A stretch of 63,261 nucleotides of DNA, filler included, from Phoronis australis (taxonomy: Eukaryota; Animalia; Phoronida): the NCBI GenBank assembly GCA_002633005.1. It is 6 parts of 6 records of this genome, joined end to end, with 100 filler letters (N's around TTAATTAATTAA, not from the genome) between each part and the next. Parts side by side here need not be neighbours in the genome. Positions count along the whole stretch, not along the records: positions 1 to 19,693 come from NMRA01000016.1; positions 19,794 to 29,212 come from NMRA01001823.1; 4 more parts are not named here. The stretch is one strand, 5' to 3'. The notes under the pieces were generated by a model. That model was not told the origin of the DNA and did no database searches. It saw nothing but the letters and a program-made list of their open reading frames with translations. Below, in pieces: positions 11,989 to 25,200 of the stretch (positions are counted from its first letter, which is position 1; each line of letters opens with the position of its first letter). The translations under genes and the position numbers were made by a program.

Positions 11989-14900
11989 TTAAATGTCCGG
12001 ACAACCCTTTTGGTTTGTCGTTTTGAAGTTGTTTGGATCAACGCCTGCATCTTCCATGCGCTTCCTCAAGCGTTGTACGATCTTGTCGTCAAGAGTTTTG
12101 GTTCTGGCCAGGATCCACGCGTATTCGGTCTTGAGTGTTGATTTCAATAATTCGGAGCAGGAATACACCAGAGAGTACGTCTCATAATCGGTATCCACTA
12201 CCCAGTATTTGCCATAAGGTTGGTACTCTGCAAAGAGCCAAAGTTTGGTTTGAGAAACACGTAGAATGCCTTTTCATGTCAAAGTTGTTTTTTCCACTTC
12301 TTTGAATTAAGCCAATGCTTAAAGAGGCTTCGAACGCGAAACACAAACTAAATTCCATTATTCAAAGTGATTATCAATCTGCCACTGAGACAGAATTCTA
12401 CCTGTTAACCAAGTATTTTTACAGTTTGTAAGTAAAAATATTGAATTTCTGTTGATGTCAAATCATTTTTCTTTTAGTTTCTCCCATGAGGCAAAGCACG
12501 TCTCCTTATTTGGTATGGCAAGATATAGACGTAGCACATTTCCCTTAAATACGGAAAATGTAACCTTTTTTCTCTGATGTAAGAAGACAATGTAGACTTC
12601 AAGCAGCAGCCAGTCCAATTAAAAGTAGTTGACGCTAGTGCTAACTGTTTAAAAATAGTTAAGAAGTTATCGTAATTTTCAAATACATTCTAAGATGCAA
12701 TTGGAATAATTTCTAGGAAATCGGTTGCTTAACTGGGTTGCCTCATACTTTGCTGTCGACCTCAGATTCGGAGTTTGCTCTCACAATAATCTTGTCACTC
12801 AGCTGTTTGTCAATTGACTGTGAGCATTCGCCCATTTATCATAAGTGGGAAGGAGATTAGAAACTCTGTGGTGACTACATATTTTTTCATTAGCGCATAT
12901 TTCAAAAATCGTGAATTTTGTGATTCTTTTCGGAAACTCCCTGACAGGGGAAAGTAAAAAAATCTGTACTAGACTATGTGACATGGTACTTTCTTCAGGA
13001 ATTGTTTAAAAGATATGCTTGACGAGTTTTCGCGTTCCATGCCTTTTTAAAGCGGTTATAAACCCGAGTGCTTTCAAATAGCCGAACTTCTAACTTGGAC
13101 CACTTATCGGTATAAAATTGGACTCGACTTGTTCATTACTCAGATGAAAGGTTATTTCTGAGTTTGGAAACAACTTACATTCCATGCTGGGCGCATAAAG
13201 TGACCCGCCGTGACAAGCCAAATTGAGGAGTCTGGTCTTGAGCAATAACCGTCGAACTTAAGTAGCCATAAAATGAATTTCAATTTGAACACGGAGCATT
13301 TTGAAACATATTTAATAACTGCAAGGGATACCTAAATCAAAAGTCGTCTTCTGTGATGGAAAACGGGATTGTAGCCGCTTCAAGGCTACGCCATTGTTTC
13401 TCTGCTGGCGCAAACCGCTCGTGTTGCTTTGATGTCTAGTTTACTCTAATTTTAACTACTGAAAGGTCAAAATCGATATGTTTTAAGAGCTCAGCTGATA
13501 AATTGTAGTGTGTGAAACAGTCACCATGCAGTATAATTTGGCAGTCTTCATTAGCCTGGAAGAAGAGACAAGCAACATCAACTTTGGTATTCTTTGTCAA
13601 AATGGTCTTTGATTTTTAATTTATATCCATTTGCTGCCACTTCAAACGTTAAATATGCCATTCACGCCATCTCCGGTTATTTCAAGGCGTTCTTACATCC
13701 TATGTGTCTACCAGTGGAAGCACGGTTCATGAAAGATGAAACACACCATGTTTTCAAGTTTATCCCTGAAGAAATAGCCACAGTTAACCTGCAATTACCT
13801 GAAAAACGAACTCCTAACTTGGAAGGAAACTTCTTATCTGGTACAAAGGCGTCGCCTGTAGCGTTTTTCAGCACGCCAGTCCTAATGATACACCAAAAAC
13901 ACATTCAGTTACCACATGGACCACCGCAGACGGAGATTTATGAGTGAGCTGTCTGACTCAAGTGGACGATATCTGAGCCGACAGGTCACGGCAAAGCGCG
14001 AAAAATTGAATGAATCAGTTATTTTATTTTTAGCCTTAACGTGAACCGTCAGCTCGTTTACCGTTTACTTGAGACAGGCATATCAGTTCGTTACCATAAA
14101 ATACAACTGGAAATAAAATAGAGTACTGATTGTTTTAAAGGAGAATACCACCCGATTTATTAGTCTTTTTTACCGTCTTAATCGGTCTATTTCCGCATCA
14201 CCTCGCATACGGTCGACTTTACCTTGCCCAGAGGTATCGCGTTAACCTGTGAGGAAGGTGAGAAACGACGCAGCGACGTCAGTGGTTCATCGGCAAAATG
14301 AATGCCGGCTTTCCAAAGAACTATCCTTACATGTACACTGTACGTTCTGTTGCCTGTGCATGTTCACGCCGCCTCTCTAGTATTTCTTGATCAGTGTATT
14401 CCGGTTCGAATTGAAAGCTCTGAAACCTAACGATCCACCTGTGAAGTCTTCGTCAGATGAGCTCTCGTCTAAATCGGGATTGCGAATTGCCATGCTGACG
14501 TTTATTATTCTGCGTTCTGTTTCAAAATGAATTATTTTCACCGTGACCAATGCTTGTATAAAAATAAAACGAAGACTGTCTCAATAAATACAATTTGTAA
14601 TGCCTTTGAAGTATTCGTGAGAGCAAATATTTTGAGAAGTCAGCAACGAATAAACCACTGCTTTAAAAGCAATAAAGGTAAATGACCGGGCATCGAGGCC
14701 TTGTGAGCGCATACTAATTCAGTGTTTGCTGACAGAAAGCTGTTGTGAAACAATAACTCGATTTTATATGCTATGGTAACATGTTATGGGAATCTTTTTT
14801 TAGATATACAAATACATTATTCAAATCATTGTTACTGTACAACTTTTGCCCTGATGGTTCCGTGGAAGGGGAACCTGATTTCGCGGCACCCGACAAGTAA

Positions 14901-17566
14901 GTAGATTTTCAGTTTCGTGACTAATTCACCAAAAAAATTACGTGCACATTATTTCTTTGGCTCACTATTATAGTCTTTTCGTGAATGGGGGTATAGTTTC
15001 CAACTTAAGCTGGTTTATGTTCGTGATGTCCAATCCCGGCGGCCGCGACGGCCTGATCGCGTTCCGAGCCACGGCTGGGATAACAAGCGTTTTTGTGTGT
15101 TTAGAACCGAAAAAATCGCAAGTCTACAAGTACAACACCCAGCTACGTTCTCCTGTCTGTGTTTCACGGAAGAATGATTCGACTTTGTCACCAAACAGAT
15201 CCAAACTCCAGCGATCGACCATGGTAAATTGGCCAACCGAACTCTGTAGGCTACGGAACGTTCAAAGACATATAAATCCGTACCAGAGAAATAAAACAAC
15301 ACGTTTATTTTTCAAGAATTCGACGTATTTTTAAGGGTTTTACATCGAATTTTGATGATATGATTTGTTGGTGTAAAACGATGAATTCAAGCGATAACTT
15401 GACACGATTAAGCGTGTTGTGAACGGCTGAACAGACTGTGTTCGAACCTATTACGTCATTGGTTAATTTCAAAACCTCCGTCTGCCGTCAAGTGTCAGGT
15501 AAAACACCTGATTTTGCAGTTATCGAGTGGAACCAATCGATCTAAATTGATACAAAATAGGTTGTTCTTGGGTGGCATTCTCCTTTAAGTACTTTAAGCA
15601 AATGTTTAAATTTGCCTTAAAGATAAATAGGTAAATAAAACAACAAGAATGGATCAACTGAAATTTTCGGATATAATAATGTCCTTCGTCAACAGAAGCA
15701 GAAATAAAGTAAAATCAAACACTATATGACAATTGACATTTAAGATGTGGCGTAATGAATATTATACATTGTTGCGGAAAAAATTCAATGATATATAGTG
15801 TTTGATTTTACTTTATTTCTGTTTCTGTTGACGAAGGATATTATTATATCCGAAAATTTCAGTTGATCCATTCTTGTTGTTTTATTTACCTACTTATATT
15901 CTACATTTCGTGGGAGGATCTGGATCGCCTTAGTTTGTTATAGATTTATTTTCTACCTTAAAGATAAGTAATGATGTAACGTTCAAGCTTAGAAGATATA
16001 ATGATTAAACGTATATTTTCATACTAATCATTAGGAATCGTTGGTTTGATTGTGAAACCCTTTCAAAAAAGCAAAAAGTTATGTAGTCCAATAACCGAGA
16101 ATTGTGCTATCGTGATAGAGGTAACGTTTCTATTATACGAGACCTATTTTACCTTTTTGAGATTCCTCTGTTGAATACCTTAATGTGTCCGTTGTCTTTC
16201 AGCGTATAAGTGGCTTTTGTACACTCATTGTTGACTTGGAAGATGGCAAAGAAACTTTGGATTTCGTACCAGTCTCCGAGATACTGAAAGTAAACAATGA
16301 GCCGTGCAGAATATTAAATCGTATACGTGTTTAAAGCGAATGTGGCATTCTATGTTTTCCAGGATAGTAAATGAAGAGCTTGATGTCGCTTTACACCTTA
16401 GAAATAATTAAAGGCAATTTCAACTTCTTACATTGTTGTGCCATTGTTCTGCGGACCCATGTGCCTATATTCGGAGCTGTGCTTAGATGTGGAATTAGGC
16501 GCATGCACCTATACGTTAAACATCTGAAAGAGATGCTCTGAACACAGGCGAATCTTTCATAGTACGCCTAAACGTTTTCAACCTCCATGTACATGTACTT
16601 ATTTTGCAACTAAATTTTAAACACGTAGTTTACTTTTCAGTCAAATTCTCTTGGCATTTTCACTGGTTTTAATGGAAAGGTTATATTCGGCCAATATTTC
16701 TTTAATTTCCCTCCAAACATCATACACCACCAGGTGTCTTCCTGGCAATTGATTCAGGTCTGGGTCAACTACTATGTAGTAGTTTCTTTCATCGCTTACA
16801 AGGACGGGAACATTGAACAAATTTTGCAATAGTTAATCACAGACATGAACTAAAGAACATGTTATTTCTATGTATGTTACGAACATGATTGCGCGTTATA
16901 ATCTAGGAAATGCGATGTCGAACCAAATTGCGTAAAAGCGTTTCACAAGGGCAATATTATGCGTGTTTGTCAAGGAAATTGCATGTGCATGTATCCACAT
17001 CAAGGTATGCACCTGCGCAAAGGACAACCAACTTCATCATGCGAAATTTTTCTTATGCCTATATGTGAAACATTTGAGTGAAAAAATGCTTTGAAAAAAC
17101 GACTTATTTCAGATATAAGGTCATGGACCTAAGAACGGCAAAAAATCACAATGAATCGTCAATCAAAATTTACTATTTTTATTTTTATTTTTCAAAGTTA
17201 GAATCAATAAGAAACAAGCATTTCTTCACTTGAGGCTGGCACTGAGGCAGACTGCCCATTTTTTCCTTAAGGATCGACTTCTATTGCCGGTGGAAGGTGC
17301 ATTCGCAACCGTCGCAACCATCTCCGCCGCAGTTACGATCATGGAAATGTTCAAATGGTCGAAATGCCAAGATTTTTATTCGAATATCACATCGGCCATC
17401 TCTCACTAATTGTTTTGCTGAAGTTTAAACCAGACGCAGAGACACAGCGGCTTACCCTGGTAACGTTCAGTTCTGGTTTGAGCTTGATATCCGGACATTT
17501 CCCAAAACCTGGTACTTGCGCACTGACAGCGACTAGCAAACTCAGAGCGACGACGGCTTGGAACAT
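11989..17566 (-). CDS. APOD: Apolipoprotein D-like lipocalin, 4 exons, 187 aa
   Basis: Exons 17566-17456, 16283-16153, 13881-13799, 12227-11989 (564 nt, GT-AG, phases consistent). Signal peptide, GKCP, lipocalin SCR1 YLGDWYEI, SCR2 YWVVDTDY, SCR3 WILAR and C-terminal TNQKGCP. Confidence 0.93.
14139..15584. mobile_element. Kolobok-like non-autonomous or decayed DNA transposon in ApoD intron 2
   Basis: TTAA on both sides; TIR AGGAGAATACCACCC / GGGTGGCATTCTCCT (14/15 match). Purine-purine termini with a TTAA TSD are the Kolobok signature. Confidence 0.75.
15628..15892. repeat. Near-perfect inverted repeat with ~100-bp arms
   Basis: 15628-15727 is the reverse complement of 15793-15892 with about 2 mismatches; the block is flanked by the direct repeat CCTTAAAGATAA at 15615 and 15956. 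Confidence 0.9.
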
Positions 17567-17587
17567 TTTCAAAGTCTTCAGGAAATG

Positions 17588-17620
17588 GACTGGAGTTGGT
17601 GATGGAATGGGGCTTTTATA
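17588..17620 (-). promoter_or_regulatory. TATA box and Inr-like site of the ApoD-like gene
   Basis: Minus-strand TATAAAA at 17620-17614, with CCAGTC about 30 nt downstream, just upstream of the ATG at 17566. Confidence 0.6.
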
Positions 17621-18560
17621 GCGAAAGGTGTTACATAAATGTTTCATAACCCAAGATACCACTGATGGAGGAAGACAGGTGTTTTACGCGTTACCGTAAC
17701 TCTGTGACACTTTGGGGGCAAATGTTTAGAGTGGAACTTGCACCGTGAGCTAAATATATATTAATTAACCACCTAGAACACAAGAAAAGGTTTAATAAAC
17801 AAAGGACATGTATCACTAATTATGATGACGGTACGATATGTATAAGAACGGCAATTCATATAGAACAAGTGCAATTAGTAATTTAATTGTTCTTGTGAAT
17901 TGGTACGTTATCCCCGGACAACACCGGTTGCCCATCTGAAGTCTTCCAAAGTCCTGATAATGATCTTATCTTTACATAACCACCGGCAAAGGAATCGTCA
18001 TGGAGGATGTTGTCGAATTTATGTGATATGAGTAACCGCTTGGAAAATGCAAAATTTTGGGCTGTTAATTATACTGTAGCGGTGGTGTTACAGGTATATG
18101 CAGCGTTGTGTTTTATGTGTGTAGTGGATGACCGCCGGTGTCGACCTGACGGGTAGATGCTAAGTCGTTTTGAAGTTTTGATATTTAAAAATGCATTCTT
18201 ATTTATTGATGTTTTCGAAAATTACAAACAGTGGTTATGAGAAAGAATTTATAAAAAACTATTAAACAACTCTAAAACTTTTAGACGTCACTCGCATTGC
18301 TAGATTGGACTGGAGCGGGTTTCAAACCCCAGACAGCCCGCCAAAACTGCTTGTGCGCGGCTTTTTATAACCATACGAATGCACGTGAGGGTGAGTCCAT
18401 GACATGAGTGACGTAATGAAACACCCCCATTAGAAGAGCCAATTAATAAAATGGCGCGAAACTGTAACTCTATAATCCACAAAGGGAGGGCGCGCCCGTC
18501 ACACTCCCCCAATTTCAGATCTAATGTAAGTTATTTAACATAGATCAAAATTATACACTA

Positions 18561-19693
18561 GTGATGATCAAGGAACAATTCTCTATCCTCTCGGAGATCA
18601 CTTCTTTTTATAAAAATTTATACTCCTGTAAAGACGGCGACCTTGTTGATGTTAATTTAAATGAACTTTTGGCATCGTGCCCAATGCCTAAATTGAACCA
18701 GTCGAACCGAGTCGAACTTGAAAAAGTTATCACTTTGGAGGAAATTCATGCGACTCTGAAAGATTTAAAAAGCAACAACAGTCATGGACCAGATGGTTTC
18801 ACTGTAGAATTTTTAAAATTGTTTTGGCTAGACCTTAACTATTACTTGTTCCGATCTTTTGAAGAAGGTATCAATAAAGGAGAATTATCTACAACGCAAA
18901 AACAGGGTATTATCTCAATAATACCAAAAGAAAATATACCAAGAGAATTCATCAAAAATTGGCGTCCAATTTCACTTATAGGAATATTACTTACAAACTT
19001 TTGTCTGGTTGTATTGCAAGACGCCTAAAAAGCGTCCTCAGACCCCTTATTCACGAGAACCAACAAGGTTTCATGAAAGGCAGATATATTGGGGAAAACA
19101 TAAGAATTTTATATGATGTAATTCAATTTTTAGACTGTAAACCCTTTCCCGGACTCCTGTTAATGATCGATTTTGAAAAAGCTTTCGACTCGGTCTCCTG
19201 GTCTTTCATCCTCAAGGCATTATCATACTTTAACTTTGGCCCAAGGTTCATTGACACGGTCAAAACACTCTACAACAAATCTTGTCTCTGTGTTCTCCAA
19301 CATGGATTTTTCTCTGAATTTTTTGAAATGGGGAGAGGCTGTCGTCAAGGAGACCCCATTTCTCCTTACCTTTTTTTATTATGTGTAGAAATATTGGGTA
19401 ATTTAATTCGTCGGGATGGTGGCATCACTGGTGTCAGGATAGGTGTTTCTGAGTTTAAATTGATCCAGTACGCTGACGACACTTGTTTGATTTTGGACGG
19501 TTCTGAGTTATCTCTAAGATCATCTTTGAATTTAATTGACCAATTTGCGAAATTTTCTGGTTTGAAGCCAAACATCGAGAAAACAAGATGTGTTTGGATT
19601 GGTTCAAAAAAAGACTCTCACGAAAAACTTTGTGTCAATGAGAACCTGTTATGGACCAACAAACCTTTCATGTTTTTGGGAATTAACTTCTCC
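18561..19693 (+). mobile_element. L1/Tx1-clade non-LTR retrotransposon ORF2 (RT) fragment, frameshifted, cut by a gap
   Basis: GPDGFTVEF, NWRPISL, QQGFMKGR, DFEKAFDSVSW, GCRQGDPISPYLF and QYADD motifs; frameshift near 18980. Confidence 0.9.
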
Positions 19694-19793
19694 NNNNNNN
19701 NNNNNNNNNNNNNNNNNNNNNNNNNNNNNNNNNNNNNTTAATTAATTAANNNNNNNNNNNNNNNNNNNNNNNNNNNNNNNNNNNNNNNNNNNN
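19694..19793. other. Assembly linker (N44-TTAATTAATTAA-N44); also at 29213-29312, 39186-39285, 54441-54540 and 58235-58334
   Basis: Identical 100-bp spacer with stop codons in all six frames. Confidence 0.97.
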
Positions 19794-21410
19794 TGAACCT
19801 AGTATATAGTAGTCAGCTGGACAAAATTTGACAAGTCTTTTTGAATAAAGTTTTGATTGCAGAAAGATGTTAGACGAAAAACATTACATATCACGATCAT
19901 CCAAAACCATCACTGATCACTGTTTGGAGGGTTGCCAAGCTCAAAGTCGCGAATTAACAAAATTTTAAACCTTTAAGTTGGTATTATTCTCTTTAAAGCT
20001 TAATCTTGACTCACGATAATGCGATAACGAAGTAGGTTACTGCAGATCATTAAGTAAGCACCACTCTCATTGGTTAATGTCTGGCTAATAGGGTTTGCAC
20101 TAGCCAATGGCAGGCAGGGTCACACACAGAAAACAACTTCAAATATGACTGCTCTGTGGAAGTTGTTTAAATTGGTCATTATTTAAACCAGTTAGCTTAA
20201 TCGCATACGAATTCTATTACAATGCCTAAGCCCTTGCTATAGTTCAACTTTACAGTGTTAAATATAGAACGGTGTCTACATTTATTTAAATTTCTTGGCT
20301 CTGAATAAGCCCTGGGCTGAGGAAGTATCTGACTGCCGCATTCTATTTACACGATTCAGTGGGATTCGCATTTGGAATTTGTCGGTAAACTTGTGCTTTC
20401 TGGTTTCACTGCATTCACAAATTGTTGAGTCTCGTGACTCTTGTGTACCACAAATAATCACCTGTTACCATGCTAAGAATTTGCCTCAGTTCACGCGATG
20501 GCTGTATAACCGACGAGGCTGGAAAAAATTGATGTATCACAACGCCAAAAGCTAGAATTGGCTGAGAAAACAATATACATTTTCTGAAGATTCAAGTAAA
20601 TTTTTACCATTTGTAACAGTGTGGAAGAAAGAAAATGAAAATAAAGACTTGAACCTACCGTAAAATTTCCCTGTAAAGGCGATATAATATATTTTCTGGG
20701 AATACTGAAAAATAAAACGATCCGGAAAATAAGGCTATAAGCCTGTATTAGACTTTTAAGGCCAGGGCATTTCTTTGGATACAAGGGCACTCGATATTTT
20801 TCTTGTGCTTTCTGCAAATTAGTCATTGGATTAAATAATGAAACAAAACAGTACTTTGAAAGTGAAATCTTATGAAAAGCGCAGTAACCAAATCCTAAAA
20901 CAAAGTACTAAATTCTATTTATTATTCATTCATGGATTCATGTATGAAGTGCAATTGGTGTATTAATCTGCAGTTTGGAAATAACATGAGTATTTTGGGA
21001 AGATAGTGAGAAAAAACCTTTTAGCCAAATTGTCTGATAATTTTTCTCAAAATTTTATTCATTTTGAATTTGCGTTTTGGGACTGTTTCTACATATTTTA
21101 AAAAGTGACTGTTATTACTACTTGCTAAATTGCTTGTGCAATAAAACGAAAGACGATGCTAGAGATCCGCCTTAGTGAAATAAAACGTCCGGGTAAACGA
21201 GACAAAAGTCCACAAAATCCACGGGAAGTCGGCGCGGAAGTACGGTCCGTGGACCTGAACCTAGTGGCTCCGTTTTTTTTAGTCCTCGGTGATGTCTTTC
21301 AGTAAAGGTCCGTATACCGAAAAATTCGACCCCCCNATATTTTAGGCTGGGTGCACATGCACAGTTTCACATATTACTCGCTCGGTACTTTCTGTACAAT
21401 TTCCTGCAGC

Positions 21411-21843
21411 AAATCGCCAAGAGACATAAAGGATAGACAGGTCAAAATAGTTGCTATATTCCGAGACCACATATCTCTTGCTTAAAAGCAGTTGGTAAAA
21501 TCTAGAATGTGGTGGAAGCGAAATACACCGTGAAATAAACAGTTACAGCAGGTAGAAGGGCATACAAGCAGGGAGTGTGAATGTAATACACCTTAGGAAT
21601 ACAACAAAACGGAACAGAGCCTGCGTAAGGTAAACACTTGTGTTCAGCTCATTCTGCATATGTTTTTCCTGACTGATCGATAGAGACTCCAAAATCTTTA
21701 ACCGAAGTGTCATTTTACATAGTGAATAGTGATGTTGTCTACTACTTCTCCCCTAGTTATTTTCGGGCCCGAGGGTGAGACATGCGGTCTCGAAATATAG
21801 CTACTATTTAAACTTGTTTGTCCGTTATGTCTAGAGGTGATTT
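21411..21843. mobile_element. MITE-like element with imperfect ~65-bp TIRs
   Basis: 21411-21477 is inversely complementary to 21777-21843. Confidence 0.6.
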
Positions 21844-22263
21844 AAATTGGTACACAACTGCATCCCGGATGGCCTCTGGTTTAATCTAGACATGAAAGCG
21901 ACTTAGTTACTACTAACTTCTCACAAATCGAACCCCTTCCGAACAAATTTCCCGTACTTCCCTCTCACTATCCAAAACAGCACATAAAAAATATGTTACC
22001 CAACTTACGCAAAATTCGTCTCGTATGTATCCCAATCTTGAAGAATATATTTGCTATCCCAAAACAACGCGAAAACCATACATGATTTTGGAAGGTTAAA
22101 AAGAGTATCGAAAGTCACACAGTTTGACGGGGTTGGTTGACACCGAACTCTGCTGCTTTCATGTCGCTCGCAGGTTATCGTCCCTCTCGTGACAGGACGA
22201 GCGAAGTTTGATTCCAGTTTGTAACAATAATCGTCCTCGATAATTCACTTGAGTTTTGTATTT

Positions 22264-25200
22264 CTACTTAAACCTATTTTTGAATGAAAGTGTTAGTTGC
22301 ATGAACATTGTGACTGCACACAGCGAGCAGGCGGCCACATAGCAGGCCAGTACCACACACTTAGGACCGCATGTGTCCAAGTAATACCCACACAGCCAGT
22401 TGTAAGCAGACGATCCGGCGCCGAGCCCGAGGTCGGACACCGACATGACGAATGGTGAGAAAATGATGTTTGTATTTAACCAGGCAATCATTGAGCCACG
22501 GTAAGTTCGATAGAAGAATACGGCGCAGCAAATTAAAACCCAGAAGCACAGCGGCGACTCAAAGCCCACACAATAGAGGGCTCCAACAAATCCCGCGGCT
22601 GCAAACGCTGGTATGAACAGGACGTATTTCAGTGGCACGTACTTAAGAACCAGCGCTGCCACAAACCTGCACACCATGCCGGACAGGTTATAGGTGAGAA
22701 GGACGATGACGGCCTCGCTTTTTATGAAGAGACCACTGTCCACCGCGAGAGAAAGAAGGTACCGGCTGGTACTTACATCACGACTACTAGAAAGCCCAAA
22801 TGCCAACGGCAACAGAATAATGATGGTTATCACATAACACAGGTTGCCCTTTTGCTTTTCCTCTCGTAGATATTGCCAGAACGATTTCGAATCACCTACT
22901 TCTGTATGTTGCGTGGTCTGATGGATTCCCTTGATGTGGAAACAAACGAAAACAACAACGCAAAGAATGCACGATCCGGCGCCAATGAGGAATGGTATCT
23001 GGACATAGGACTTGCTTTCCACATGGTCTTGCGCATTGTCTTTGGACAGAAATGGTGACGAAACAATAGGAGACATCAGCTGACCGACAGAGAGTGCTGC
23101 CAGCATCACCTGCAGTGGCGGAGCAGACGACTTCCCCCAAAGCGAGGTACACATGGGGAATCCAACTGAAAAATGGAAAACACAACTTGCCCAGTTTTAT
23201 TCTGTTGGTGTCTTTTTTCAATGCAATATTTTCAGACTAACACCTCGATGTACCTTTCTGTTTGTTCACAGGAGCCTTTGGCGTGAAACAAACTGCGGAA
23301 TAGATGAGTAGCTGTATTAGCAGTATCTGAAAATTTCATTTTAGTCAAACAAGCTACTTTTGAGAAACGATGAAACGAAGTTAACCAAATGTTGAATTTT
23401 CCAGAGTGGCATAACGTTAAAGCTTCAGTTTTTGACCAAACACTTGAACAGAACAAATGTCAATACGCGAACGGTTTTAGCATGAATCGTTCTTGTATAG
23501 ATCCAGTTTCGTAGCTTTTAGATCTTTTAGTTAGCCTTCCTCAGTAATAACAAGTACTAGAACGCCATGTACAGAATAGACATCATCGGTTGCTTCTGCG
23601 ATCGACGTACTTCGTCACTAGGAGACTTTCGAATTCATAGACAGGTGTTAGAAACCAATTCCATGACCGTGCCTCTAAATCAAAGATCCAACAAGCATCA
23701 AATCCCCTGATCTGTTCCTCATACGCGCCAAAAATGTTTCATTTACAGTGATACAGATTGAGTGTCAGCACAGAACTGCTGGAATGGTATGCCAAATCCC
23801 GCGCGCGACGCATGCATTCTAGTGTTAGAGATTGCGACCCCGAGATTTCACGGGACTAGCCGTGAGAGTATGCCTGTCAGTTTCCGTTTAACCACTCGAC
23901 TGAGTTTTGATCAAGTGTTGTAGCTATGTATATATCAAGCCAAGCTTCACTGCTTCATTTTCATTTTGTCATTTTAGTTGATAATAAGTTGTCGTGGAAA
24001 AAATGACATAATTTAGACACTGAGCAAAAATCTGTAGCCACTTTCGACAACCTATCAAACCACATGTTAGAAGTATTTCAACAAGACATTTTTGGGTGTT
24101 AAAATCATGTTACAGTATTGAAGCAAGCGACATTTGGTTTATGAGTGGTCTGCAATTACACATGAAAAGTTTATTAGCAGATATGTTTACATAACTTACG
24201 AAAAGCTACTCGTGTATTTATTTACGTGTATTTCGTGTGTGTGTATGTGTGCACGTATATACGCAAAACGTACCGTTTGGGGCGTACATGAATTAAGTAA
24301 TATCCCACGAGACAATATTCCGCGTATCGACCGAGACCGAATATGAACACCAATAGAGGTACGTTTTGTATTATCCAATACGCATAGTTTCTTTCAGTTT
24401 TCCGCAGATTTTTAAACACTAAAAATAATTATTATTTATCAATTAAATGATTTAAATTTTTCTTCTGGTGAAATCACACACCACCAAAAGCTCATGAAGG
24501 GCTTTCTTATGACATGACTCTTACGCATTTCGGTTGAAAAACGGCAAAGATGCGAAAAGTCAGAGTAAATAAGGTTACACTATTCCATTGGCCTAGTGTT
24601 AAAATATGTTTCTGTTATTTGTCCTCGTTATGTCATTTTGGTATTAGAGCTCAGGTGGTCGTGACGGTGTGGATATATTTTAAGGAGGTTATTGTAAACC
24701 TTCTAAATTACTGTAATACATGTAGATAGTTTTAGGCAACTGTGGTATCACGGCTTCCCGAATCTCCGAATCGCAAGCAGAGCAGTTGATCCTCCGCTCA
24801 CAATATTTGGGACCATCAGACAAAATATTAGAGAAAATATGGATCACATTTGTTTGGAAGAACTTTCTAATGCTGAAAGTTCCCAGCCTACTTCATTTAA
24901 ACTAAAAAAATCCACCCTAAACCTCATATACCATAGCAAGAAACAGCACCGGAAAAAAACTTAAGCTCCGCGTGATCGGAGTTGACATTCCAATCATTGT
25001 GTACTGTGGTTGTCAGTGGGTCGTGCCAACTGGCGAAAAAGAATGTAATTAGAATTTGGAGGTGCAGTCATGTAATTGTTTTCAGTCCTTCCCTAGGATC
25101 ACCCAAACTTTAAGGTGTTATTTAAGTTATCAAGAAACGTCTCTCCAACTCACGCCCATTTGTGATGTTGTAGGACATTCCAATTCCAACAATAGCAATT

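Noticed and set aside
19738-19749. TTAATTAATTAA as a biological motif
   Set aside because: Always centred in N runs; it is an assembly linker.
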